A DNA stretch of 64,000 nucleotides from Spirochaetota bacterium (GTDB taxonomy: Bacteria; Spirochaetota; JAHITG01; JAFGFC01). The stretch spans positions 12,639-76,638 of the forward strand of contig JAFGFC010000051.1 of assembly GCA_016931325.1 (NCBI GenBank), given 5' to 3'. Made by a program: the position numbers and the translations under genes. Shown in pieces: positions 27,257 through 36,800 of the stretch (position 1 is the stretch's first letter; each line of letters opens with the position of its first letter). The notes below the pieces were generated by a model. The model did not search any database and was not told where the DNA came from. It worked only from the letters and a program-made list of their open reading frames with translations.

Positions 27257-28963
27257 TCAGAGGATTAGATTTAAAATACCGCCTACGATCAGCGTGGACA
27301 GGATCATAACCGCTGTGGCTTTTGCCATATCCAGAATACCCAGCTCTTTAACAAGCACGGTAAAGGTAGCGACACAGGGAAAGTACATGGTAAGGATAAC
27401 ACTGGCGATCACCAGCTGCTTGAGGCTCATTCCCAGAGGGGCCAGCATTCCCACAGCCACATCCTTTCTTAAAAAACCGATGACCAGGGCTCCCACTGAC
27501 TCTTTTGGCAATCCGAGCACTCCTTTGATCACCGGCTCACTCAATTTTCCTAAAAAAGAGATCACACCAAGAACATAAAGCATATTGATAATAAATACTC
27601 CTACAATAACATAAGGAACAGCCTCGGATAAAAAACCTTTGATCCGCATCCAGAGCTTTTTTAAAAGTCCTTTCCAGTAAGGGATACGGTAGGGGGGGAT
27701 CTCCAGAAAGATCTCAGGACTTTCACCTTTTATCAACTTGTTCATGATAACGCCAAGGACAAATCCGACTATAAAAAGAGTGAAAAAGACCACGCCTATC
27801 CCTTTAACGCCATATTGCCCCACAAGACCCATTACCATGGCTATCTGGGCGGTACAGGGCACACAGATGGCCATGACCGTGGCCGCGATAAACCGTTCCT
27901 TCTTGGTTTCCAGAATACGCGTGGCCAGGGCGCCTGGGACATTACAGCCCAGGCCCAGGATCATGGGGATGATGGAAAGCCCGTGTAATCCCAGACGATG
28001 CATAAAATTATCAACCAGCACAGCCAGCCGCGGCAGATATCCGGAATCTTCCAGGAAGGATAGTATAAGATAAAAAGCAAAAATATAGGGTAATACCATG
28101 GCAAAGGGGACAAAAAGACCTGTTGTTAAAAGCCCGAGAGATTCAACAAAGTCAATGCGACCGTTGATCAGCCTTCCTATCAGGATGTCATGGATCATAC
28201 CCGGTTTTAAAAGAGACGATAATTTCAGGATCAGGGGCCCATAAATTTTTTCAAAAAACGGTTCAAATAAATAGGTGATGAGCGATTCCCCGATAAATCG
28301 TATAACAGCAAAGGAAAGTATAAGAACAAGAATAGAAAGCGGGAGACCGGTCATAGGTTTAATGGTAAGATCCAGGACCCTTTCCCAAACGGTATGGTGC
28401 CGATGGCTTATCCTCTGGACATTCTGAATAATATGACCCACTTTGCTCCATCTCTGGTTTTCTCTGAAGGTATAGGATCTGGCTTTGGCCTGGTCTATTC
28501 TTGAAAAAAGGTTTTTTATCCCTTCGCCGGTCAGAGCGCAGGTCGTAACGACCGGCACTCCGATTATTTTCTCAAGTCGATCAACATTAATTGAAATACC
28601 AATATGTTTCACTTCATCCCAAAAGTTTAAAACAACAATAACGGGTTTACCTGATTTTAAAAGCTGCAAAGTTAAATTTAAATTCCTTTCCAGGTTCGTG
28701 GCATCCAGCACATTAATGACCAGGTCCGATGAATGAAAGATCTTAACAGCGACTTCCTCAGCCCGGTTTGTCGCCTTCAGGGAATATGTTCCGGGAGCAT
28801 CGATCAGCTCTGACTTTTCATTCTCTTTTCTGATATACCCCTTCGTGTACTCTACTGTTGTTCCTGTGTAATTGGAAGCGATAACATTCACACCGGTGAG
28901 CCGGGAAAAAATTACGCTCTTCCCTACATTAGGATTTCCCATTAAGACAATTCGTTTCATCAT
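27257..28963 (-). CDS. feoB: Ferrous iron transporter FeoB (G-protein domain plus membrane domain)
   Basis: GNPNVGKSVIFSRLTG (G1 motif), NYTGTTVE, followed by a polytopic membrane domain. Confidence 0.9.
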   Translation of the reverse strand: MMKRIVLMGNPNVGKSVIFSRLTGVNVIASNYTGTTVEYTKGYIRKENEKSELIDAPGTYSLKATNRAEEVAVKIFHSSDLVINVLDATNLERNLNLTLQLLKSGKPVIVVLNFWDEVKHIGISINVDRLEKIIGVPVVTTCALTGEGIKNLFSRIDQAKARSYTFRENQRWSKVGHIIQNVQRISHRHHTVWERVLDLTIKPMTGLPLSILVLILSFAVIRFIGESLITYLFEPFFEKIYGPLILKLSSLLKPGMIHDILIGRLINGRIDFVESLGLLTTGLFVPFAMVLPYIFAFYLILSFLEDSGYLPRLAVLVDNFMHRLGLHGLSIIPMILGLGCNVPGALATRILETKKERFIAATVMAICVPCTAQIAMVMGLVGQYGVKGIGVVFFTLFIVGFVLGVIMNKLIKGESPEIFLEIPPYRIPYWKGLLKKLWMRIKGFLSEAVPYVIVGVFIINMLYVLGVISFLGKLSEPVIKGVLGLPKESVGALVIGFLRKDVAVGMLAPLGMSLKQLVIASVILTMYFPCVATFTVLVKELGILDMAKATAVMILSTLIVGGILNLIL

Positions 28964-29199
28964 TTTCTACCTGTTTCTTTCACGAAAATCCTTCTGGCCA
29001 TCCCAAAACCCAGGGCCACCTGACAGGCACCGATCTTGATACAAACCGGGCCTTTCATGAATTGAGAACTTTTCTTTTCTATTACAACCCCCTTTCTTAT
29101 TCCCAGGGCTTCCAATTTATTTATGAAACCATGACCGCCATCCAACCCGGTTATCAGCCCTTTTTCACCTTCCTTAAGATCAATTAGAGTTTTCATCAT
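28960..29199 (-). CDS. feoA: FeoA family protein
   Basis: SH3-like FeoA pattern (LKEGEKGLITGLDGG...LGIRKGVVIEKK...GPVCIKIGACQVAL). Start at MMKTLIDL; the ORF extends further into the upstream gene. Confidence 0.7.
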   Translation of the reverse strand: MMKTLIDLKEGEKGLITGLDGGHGFINKLEALGIRKGVVIEKKSSQFMKGPVCIKIGACQVALGFGMARRIFVKETGRK

Positions 29200-29200
29200 T

Positions 29201-29635
29201 TCACTCCTTTTTCTTCTGCAGATATCGTTTGAACTCGTTCTTGACTGGGGTTTTCTTTCTCTCAAAAGATTCCATAAAAGAGACAAATTCGACCAGCCTT
29301 TCAAAGGTCTTTTCATGGATGTAGTGCTCGATCCTGCAGGCATCTTCCCTGGCTATCTTTTCATCAACACGCAGGATCTCTTTTAAGAATTTTATCAATA
29401 TTTTATGCTTTTTATATACCTGCCTGGCTTTTCTGACACCCGATGGCGTGAGTTCAATATACCCGTAGTGTTCGTGATTCACGTATCCTTTTTCTGACAG
29501 CACTTTTAACGCCCCTATAACAGAGGAGGTTTTCACGTTCATGGTAGAGGTCAGATCCTTGACCCTTACCACTTTGCGCTTGGTCTGTTCCATAAAGATG
29601 GTTTCAATATAATCTTCCAGGCTGGGTGTCAGCAT
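29201..29635 (-). CDS. DtxR/MntR-family metal-dependent transcriptional repressor
   Basis: LEDYIETIF...VRVKDLTSTMNVKTSSVIGALKVLSEKGYV...ACRIEHYI matches the DtxR helix-turn-helix and metal-site pattern. 144 aa, no SH3 domain. Confidence 0.8.
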   Translation of the reverse strand: MLTPSLEDYIETIFMEQTKRKVVRVKDLTSTMNVKTSSVIGALKVLSEKGYVNHEHYGYIELTPSGVRKARQVYKKHKILIKFLKEILRVDEKIAREDACRIEHYIHEKTFERLVEFVSFMESFERKKTPVKNEFKRYLQKKKE

Positions 29636-29655
29636 AACTCTCCTTTTCTTGGTTT

Positions 29656-29682
29656 GCCTATAAATTATAGGCTTACCTATAA
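29656..29682. promoter_or_regulatory. Candidate DtxR/IdeR-type operator: perfect palindrome gcctataa-a-ttataggc overlapping an IdeR-like core TAGGCTTACCTAT
   Basis: Read in the sequence about 20 bp upstream of the dtxR-family gene start. The IdeR consensus core is TAGGCTAACCTAA. Confidence 0.45.
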
Positions 29683-29769
29683 TATAATATAACTCGTTTT
29701 TTTATTTTGTCAACTATTTTTTATCAGGCTCTTGACTTTTAAAATTATTTTTAATACCTTGTAATACTT

Positions 29770-30219
29770 ATGAATATAGCGATCAACATCCTGATTGCCA
29801 TGCTGGCTTTTTGCTTTATGGAATTTGTAGCCTGGTTCACTCATAAATTTGTCATGCACGGGTTCCTATGGATTTTGCATGAAGACCATCACAGGCCTCA
29901 TAAAGGCCGTTTTGAAAAAAACGACCTGTTTGCTTTTTATTTCGCGGGCATCGCTATTTTGTTTTTTGCGCTGGGGGCTTTTCACGGTCTGATCATCTAT
30001 ACATCGATCGCCATAGGTGTCACATTGTACGGGATCGGTTATTTCCTGTTCCATGACGTGATGTTCCACAGAAGGATAAAAGGGTTCAGGATCAAAGCCT
30101 CAACACCTTATCTGAAACGGATCATACACGCCCACTCCGTGCATCATCAAAGCACAGACAAAAATAAAAGCACAACATTCGGCTTTCTCTATGCCAGTAA
30201 AAAATATGATATCAAATGA
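29770..30219 (+). CDS. crtZ: Beta-carotene hydroxylase (CrtZ-like, fatty-acid hydroxylase superfamily)
   Basis: His boxes HEDHH and HAHSVHH. MHGFLWILHEDHHRPHKGRFEKNDLFA closely matches the CrtZ N-terminal region. Confidence 0.65.
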   Translation: MNIAINILIAMLAFCFMEFVAWFTHKFVMHGFLWILHEDHHRPHKGRFEKNDLFAFYFAGIAILFFALGAFHGLIIYTSIAIGVTLYGIGYFLFHDVMFHRRIKGFRIKASTPYLKRIIHAHSVHHQSTDKNKSTTFGFLYASKKYDIK

Positions 30220-30674
30220 TATTTTCCGTTAAAACAATAACCATCATCTTTCTTGTCATCTGCGCGACTTTTGTCTTTCTTTATTCCTCTGATACAAAAG
30301 AAGGCCATGGGAATGTTATCCTGAGAATAGGGCCGTTGAAAAATAAAAAAGGCACCCTCAACCTTAACATTTTCACTTCAGAAGAAGGATTTCCTGATGA
30401 CCATAAAAAAGCCTACAGGATCATCAGCCAGAACATCACCCATATCACCCAGACCATCATGATGACCAACTGCCCTCACGGTTACTACGCCGTATCCGTG
30501 CTGCATGATGAGAACGATAATAAAAAAATGGACACCGGCCTGTTTGGTATACCCAAAGAAGGGTACGGATTCTCTAAAAATGCAAAGGGATTTTTTGGTC
30601 CGCCTGATTTTGAAGACGCTAAATGTCTGCTCAAGGAAAAGCAGATGACCGTTCATATAAAATTAAACTATTGA
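30216..30674 (+). CDS. DUF2141-like secreted protein
   Basis: N-terminal signal/transmembrane segment. Motif HDENDNKKMDTGLFGIPKEGYGFSKNAKGFFGPPDFEDA matches the DUF2141 signature. Confidence 0.45.
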   Translation: MIFSVKTITIIFLVICATFVFLYSSDTKEGHGNVILRIGPLKNKKGTLNLNIFTSEEGFPDDHKKAYRIISQNITHITQTIMMTNCPHGYYAVSVLHDENDNKKMDTGLFGIPKEGYGFSKNAKGFFGPPDFEDAKCLLKEKQMTVHIKLNY

Positions 30675-30690
30675 ATAAAAAGAGGACCGT

Positions 30691-32166
30691 ATGCAAAAGA
30701 AAAAAGTGATTGTGATCGGGGCCGGCTTTGGAGGCCTGACCACCGCTGCCCTTCTGGCCAGGAATGGATTTAATGTGACCGTAATCGAAAAGAACAGCAT
30801 GCCCGGCGGCCGGGCGATTGTTTATAAAGAAAAAGGATTTGTCTTTGATATGGGCCCGTCCTGGTATCTCATGCCCGAGGCGATGGAACGCTATTTTAAC
30901 CTTTTTGATAAAAGCGCCCGTGATTTTTACAAGCTGGTCAGACTTGATCCTTCCTACCGCGTTTTTTACGGTAAAAAGGAACAGTATGACATCAAGGCCG
31001 GTTTGAAGGATAATTTTAATACCTTTAACCTGATGCAAAAAGACGGCGCCGGAAAATTGAAACGTTACCTGGATCAGGCCGAATATCAGTATGACATCGC
31101 CGTAAAAAAATTTCTTTATCGTGATTATACCAGCTTTTTCGATTTTATGGACCGGGACCTCATCAGGGACGGGCTGAAACTAAAGATCTTTTATAATGTT
31201 GATAAAATGGCTGACCGTTTCGGCCTGGAAGATAAATTAAAAAAAATCATTGGATATACCATGGTCTTTATTGGCGGCAGCCCCAAAAACACGCCGGCTT
31301 TATACAGTCTGATGACGCATATCGACCTTAATCTGGGTGTCTGGTATCCTATGGGAGGGATGGGTGAGATCCCGAAAGCCCTGGAAAAATTAGGCAAAGC
31401 CCTGGGTGTCACATACCTGTATGATCATAATGTGATTAAGATCACGGTTGAAAACCGAATGGCTAAAAATGTGATCACGGATAAAGGGACTTTTCCCGGA
31501 GATATCATCCTTTCGAATGCTGATTATCATCATACAGAAACCAAACTTTTAGAAAAGCGTTACCGCACTTATTCTGACGGTTACTGGAAAAGGAAGGTGA
31601 TCTCACCTTCCTCATTTATCATCTATATGGGCCTGAGTAAAAAATTAAAAAATCTGGTTCACCACAATCTTTATTTCCATAACAACTGGGATGAGCATTT
31701 TCAGACTATTTTTGATAAACCCCAGTGGCCAGATAAATTTTCCTATTATATTTCATGTCCATCCAAAACAGATCCTTCCGTGGCACCCCGCGGGAAAGAA
31801 AACCTTTTCTTTCTCGTGCCGGTGGCAGCGGGCCTGGTCGATACGGATGAGATAAGGGAAAAAGTGTATGAAAAAGTGATCAGCCATTTCGAGGATCTCA
31901 TAGGAGAAAAAGTCTCTGATTCAATTATTCACAGGCGGATATTTTCTCACCGTGACTTTATCGGGCTCTATCACTCCTACAAGGGGTCGGCTTTTTCACT
32001 GGCTCATACCCTGCTCCAGACCGCTTTGTTCCGTTGCGCCCGTAAGAGCAAAAAAGTGAAAAACCTCTATTTTACAGGGCAGTATACCCATCCGGGAGTC
32101 GGTGTCCCCATGAACTTTATCACAGCCGAACTCACGGCTAAGAGCATCATTGAGGATTTTTCCTGA
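30691..32166 (+). CDS. crtI: Phytoene desaturase family FAD-dependent oxidoreductase (CrtI/CrtD-like)
   Basis: N-terminal Rossmann motif VIVIGAGFGGLTTAALLARNGFNVTVIEKNSMPGGRA. Length 491 aa. Confidence 0.75.
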   Translation: MQKKKVIVIGAGFGGLTTAALLARNGFNVTVIEKNSMPGGRAIVYKEKGFVFDMGPSWYLMPEAMERYFNLFDKSARDFYKLVRLDPSYRVFYGKKEQYDIKAGLKDNFNTFNLMQKDGAGKLKRYLDQAEYQYDIAVKKFLYRDYTSFFDFMDRDLIRDGLKLKIFYNVDKMADRFGLEDKLKKIIGYTMVFIGGSPKNTPALYSLMTHIDLNLGVWYPMGGMGEIPKALEKLGKALGVTYLYDHNVIKITVENRMAKNVITDKGTFPGDIILSNADYHHTETKLLEKRYRTYSDGYWKRKVISPSSFIIYMGLSKKLKNLVHHNLYFHNNWDEHFQTIFDKPQWPDKFSYYISCPSKTDPSVAPRGKENLFFLVPVAAGLVDTDEIREKVYEKVISHFEDLIGEKVSDSIIHRRIFSHRDFIGLYHSYKGSAFSLAHTLLQTALFRCARKSKKVKNLYFTGQYTHPGVGVPMNFITAELTAKSIIEDFS

Positions 32167-32174
32167 CCGCAGCC

Positions 32175-32855
32175 ATGAGCACGTACCTGATCATCAATAT
32201 CATTATTATCGCTTTCCCTCTCACCTTCAGTTTCTGGCCGCGTATCCGTTACTACAAGAAATGGCCATTTTTATTTTTATCCATTCTCATCACCGGCCCC
32301 ATTTATATCTTCTGGGACGTTCTGGTCACCCTCAGGGGTGATTGGAGTTTCAACAAATCTCATGTGGGGTCGTTCAACCTCTTTCACCTGCCCGTGGAAG
32401 AAATACTTTTTTTTATCACAGCCCCCTACAGCTGTATCTTTATCTATGAATCCTTAAATACGTTTATTAAAGATAAAAAAGTAGCATATAACCCGTACAT
32501 CTATTACGGGGTTATCGTGCTTTTGCTCGGCCTGGCTTTTTTTTATCGCGCTCAGGATTATACCCTGCTGGCTTTGCTCTCCTGCGCCTTTTTTTTAATA
32601 ACAGCCCTCATCATCCGGCCGGCCATGCTCTCTTCCAGGCTTTACTGGGGTTATATTCTGATCAGCTTTGTCGCTTTTTTCATCTTTAATTATGTTTTAA
32701 CCTCTTATCCCGTGGTCATCTATAATCCCAAAGCCATTTGGGGATTAAGGATCACTACAATACCGCTGGAGGATTTCTTTTATAATTATTCCATGCTTTC
32801 TTTTTATCTCTTCTTCTATCAGTTCTTTCAGAAAAACAAAAAAAAGGCAGGATAA
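32175..32855 (+). CDS. Lycopene cyclase domain protein (CrtYcd-type, two fused repeats)
   Basis: 226-aa polytopic membrane protein with the hLPVEEILFF motif characteristic of the heterodimeric-type lycopene cyclase domain. Confidence 0.55.
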   Translation: MSTYLIINIIIIAFPLTFSFWPRIRYYKKWPFLFLSILITGPIYIFWDVLVTLRGDWSFNKSHVGSFNLFHLPVEEILFFITAPYSCIFIYESLNTFIKDKKVAYNPYIYYGVIVLLLGLAFFYRAQDYTLLALLSCAFFLITALIIRPAMLSSRLYWGYILISFVAFFIFNYVLTSYPVVIYNPKAIWGLRITTIPLEDFFYNYSMLSFYLFFYQFFQKNKKKAG

Positions 32856-32947
32856 AATACCAGGCCTTACGGGCGGTATCTATCCTGCCCCGGGCTCAAG
32901 GGGTTGAATGGTTAAATTCAACCCTTGAGCGCATCGAGGGGACAATT

Positions 32948-33595
32948 TTAATTGATTTTATTTTTTGTTGCGCTTACCCTTCCTACTGTATCAATCATCT
33001 CATCCTGATTGGTGTAGTAAATCTCATCAATATAGAATGTCACTGTGCCTGAATTATCGCTGGCTTTTACCAGGACCGAGAATCCACCGGCCATATCCTC
33101 AAACTTGTTGTTTAATTCGAGTTCGTATTTCTTCCACTCTTTTGAGAGTTCAATTCTTTTAGAGATCTTTGCCTGCTGCCCTTTCAGAGGGGCCATTCTG
33201 AATTCAACAACTTCATCACCTTTGTTACCTCTGGCATAGAAATAAATCTTTTTGGCTGTAGAGAGGTCATATCCGCCTCTTATCGATGTCCAGTGGTTAT
33301 AAGGATTCTGCGCAAAATTCAATGAAGCCCATTTTGCTCCGACTGTTTCAGCGCTGTATTCGATCTTCATACAGCTTGTTCCTTTCTTGGGATTGATCGT
33401 CCATTTGTGGTCGATCTTCAGATCCCTGAAATCTCCTGCCCACCCGCTGGGTATACAATTATTAATACGGCTCGTACCGTCTTTGTAGACCTGGAAGGGG
33501 TAACGCAGAACCTTAAAGCATTTTAAATGTTCAGTATAAAGATTGAGAACCATTAACCCGACGATCAAAATGACAACAACCATTAACTTTTTCAT
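32948..33595 (-). CDS. Secreted paralog-family protein D
   Basis: KVLRYPFQVYKDG...PSGWAGD...YFYARGNKGDEVVEF...LSKEWKKYELEL...FYIDEIYY; about 45-50% identical to paralog C by eye. Confidence 0.55.
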   Translation of the reverse strand: MKKLMVVVILIVGLMVLNLYTEHLKCFKVLRYPFQVYKDGTSRINNCIPSGWAGDFRDLKIDHKWTINPKKGTSCMKIEYSAETVGAKWASLNFAQNPYNHWTSIRGGYDLSTAKKIYFYARGNKGDEVVEFRMAPLKGQQAKISKRIELSKEWKKYELELNNKFEDMAGGFSVLVKASDNSGTVTFYIDEIYYTNQDEMIDTVGRVSATKNKIN

Positions 33596-33675
33596 GGCTT
33601 TTTACCTCCTTTTCCCTTTTCATTAGTAAGGACAATGAAAAGATAAAAAAGTGCAAGAATTTTTTAGAAAAAATC

Positions 33676-33837
33676 AACCACTGAAGGCTCTGAAAACAGA
33701 GCGAAGCCTGCCCGAAGGGTGGAGCAAAGCCTCCCGTAGGGACTGAAAATTCATATTATAATTTGAAAAAATATGAAATCTGCTGTTACTTGAAAATCTT
33801 ATTAATCTCTGTGAATTCAGTGAAGATCAGTGGTTTT
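33676..33837. repeat. MITE-like repeat, family 2 (termini aaccactgaa ... cagtggtt)
   Basis: Terminal inverted repeats plus internal ctcccgtagggactgaa and gtgaattcag blocks, shared with 58237-58283 and 63371-63480. Confidence 0.45.
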
Positions 33838-33854
33838 CCGAAGTTCTCTGTGGT

Positions 33855-36800
33855 TCAGGTCTGGACGCAGTTGCGGCCTTTTTCTTTGGCCTTATACAGG
33901 GCTTTATCAGAACGGACAACCAGTTCCTGCCATTCTTCGCCCGGTTCCAGCTCGGCCACTCCAATGGAAGCGGTGATCCTGAGCTGAATATCTTTCTTCC
34001 CCATTCGATAAGAGACCCTGTTGCTTTCAATGATCTTGCGAAGTTTTTCAGCCAGTATTTTAGCCCCATCCAGTCCTGTTTCAGGGATAATAACAGCGAA
34101 TTCCTCTCCCCCGTATCGGGCAGCCGAATCGCTTTTTCTGATATTCTTCTTTATTATCAGAGCTATCTTCTTCAGGACCAGATCCCCGGCCCTATGGCCG
34201 TATTTATCGTTAAAATTCTTAAAATGATCGATATCAAGCATAAGCAGGCTTAACTTGTTCTTATACCGTGTAGCCAGTTCCACGCTTTTCGATAGAAAAT
34301 TTTCAAAAAAATTATGTGTATAAAGTTCTGTCAGGCCGTCGGTTATGGCTTTTTTATAGAGAATGGCATTCTCAATAGAAATCCCGGCCTGACGTGAAAT
34401 AACTTCCAGGACCCTCAGATCTTCTTCTGTAAATACTCCGCTCACCAGCCGATTATCCAGATAGATCACACCCAGCATCTCTTCCCGGCCCATAATAGGC
34501 AGGCTGAGAGCCGACTTTATCCCGAACCGCACAATACTGGCTTCATCCTTAAAATCTTTGTCCAGGGTAGCATCATCCACGATCAAAGGCTTTTTTCCCT
34601 GTTCGACTCTGTTAATGATACCACTGGATGTATGGAACAACTCCCCTTCCAGTTCCACATCTTTTACGTTCTTGGCTACTTTGACTTCCAGAATTTTATC
34701 CTTTTTTTCTTCCACGGGATATAAAAGCAGAATACCGCGTTCCGCCCCCACCAGCTGGATCGCCTTTTCAATAATCTTCTCCAGCAGTTCCTCAAGGTCC
34801 AGAATACTGGAAAAATAACGGCTGGTTTCCAGGACCGTGGTCATTTCCCGCTCGATCTGCAAACGTTCTTTGGGGCTCTCTTTGGCTACCTGCACTTTGA
34901 GATCCAACCCCAGCACGGAGGCGCACCTTTTTATGTATTCCCTGGACCCGATCTCCTGAAAGACCTTAAAAGCCTGCTGCCAGTAGTGATGGGCGCTTTC
35001 GATCTTATTTCCAGCTTCATAAAAGTAGCCCATTTCAAAAAGCGTCTTGCCCAGCTCGAATTTTCTGCCTAATTTCCTGGCCAGTTCCATACTTTTAAAA
35101 AATAAAATTTCCGCTTTTTTTCTTTTATTAATTAAGATATGATATTTGGCATACGACCGCAACGCGGACATATAATGAGTGACCCAGGGGGCGGCCTTTT
35201 TCAAAGCGTCACGGCAAAGGGAACGGATCAGTTTTAAATGGCCTCTGTCCTTCTTTTTCTTCTTTTTGTAATTTTCTATATGAGCATCAGCCAGAACAAA
35301 GTAGAGATTGGCCGTATAATTTTTTAAAAAATCATGGGTTTCATTAATTTCCCTGGCCAGCTGGGCGTACTTGATGGCATCCGCATAATTTCCTTTTTCA
35401 TAAGATAAAATAGACATGCCGATATGCATCCCCAGCAGCGGAAACGGTAATTTTTTAGCCTGGACAATGGAATATCCTCTCCTTAAAGCTTTTTCGGCGG
35501 TATCAATCTCTCCCTGTTCCAGATAGACTTCGATCAGATAACCTAAACAGCTGGTAATGCCAAAGTCATCTTTAATCTCCTCGCTGATCTTTAAATATTC
35601 AAGCAAATGGCCGACCGCTTCTCTGAAGTCACCGGAATAAAGATAATCAATTCCAATCCCCTGAAGCGTCATGCCCAGATTCCAGATATCCTCCACCAGC
35701 CTGTATTTTTCAGCGGCCTGACCCAGATAATCCCGGCTTTTAGCATATTCGCCTTTAAATTGATAGTAATAACCGATGAATTGAAGTGACTGCGCCAGTT
35801 CCCGCTCGTCACCCAGTTCCCTTCGAATTTCCAGAGCCTTAAAATGATATTTTTCAGCTCCCTTGAACATGGGAATTGACATAAGGAGCGAAGCGTAGGC
35901 CCCGATACTGGCGGCCAGCTCTTTTGAACGACCAAGCCTTGATTGAGCGATATGTAATCCTCGAAGGACAGAATGAATAAACTTGCTGATATCCGTCAGG
36001 ATATACATCCAGTCCAGGCTATGATGTGTCACAATGATCGTTATATCCTGGGGATCCTTATGCTTGACCTGTTTTTTTAAATAATAGCGGTTTAAAAAAG
36101 AATGAAAGAAATGCACCGCGGCTTCTCTTACCAGGGCCATCATGACCTCGCTTTTCCTGCGAGGCACTTTCTCGCCTAAAAGAGACAAGCCCCTGGCAAT
36201 GACCTCTTCTGACTCCACCCAGCTGCCCATGTTCAAGTGAGCCTGACCCATATGGATATACAACTTGGCTTTTTCAAATGGGTTCCTCTTTAAAGGAAGG
36301 ATCTCTTTACACAGGTTGATCACTTCATTGGACTTGCCGGCGCTCAGATAGACTTCGATCAACCCTTCTTTTGCCTGCATCCATCTCTTATCCTTTGTTT
36401 TCTCCTTCTCCAGAATGTTCAGCACAATATTATAATATCGTATGGCTTCCTCATTGGCATAATTCTCTTTAGCCCTGTCAGCGGCCCTGATCCCGTATTG
36501 AAGCGATCTGTGTTTATCTCCCCCTTCAATAAAATGATGCGCCAGGTCAAAAATAACCTCTTCGATATTCTGTTTATTTCTTTCTTCCAGGGCCGTCCCG
36601 ATCATAAGATGATATTTTACCCTCTCTTTTTTTGTCATCCGGGCATAAAAAGCGTCCCTGACGCGATCGTGTACGAACATCAACGCGCCTTTTCTGGAAC
36701 TTTTTTCTAAGAGTTGTTTTTCTATTGTAGAATCGATCAGATGAACCAGAATATCCCTGCTCTCTTTCATCAGATCCTGTATCATATCGATCTGAAATTC

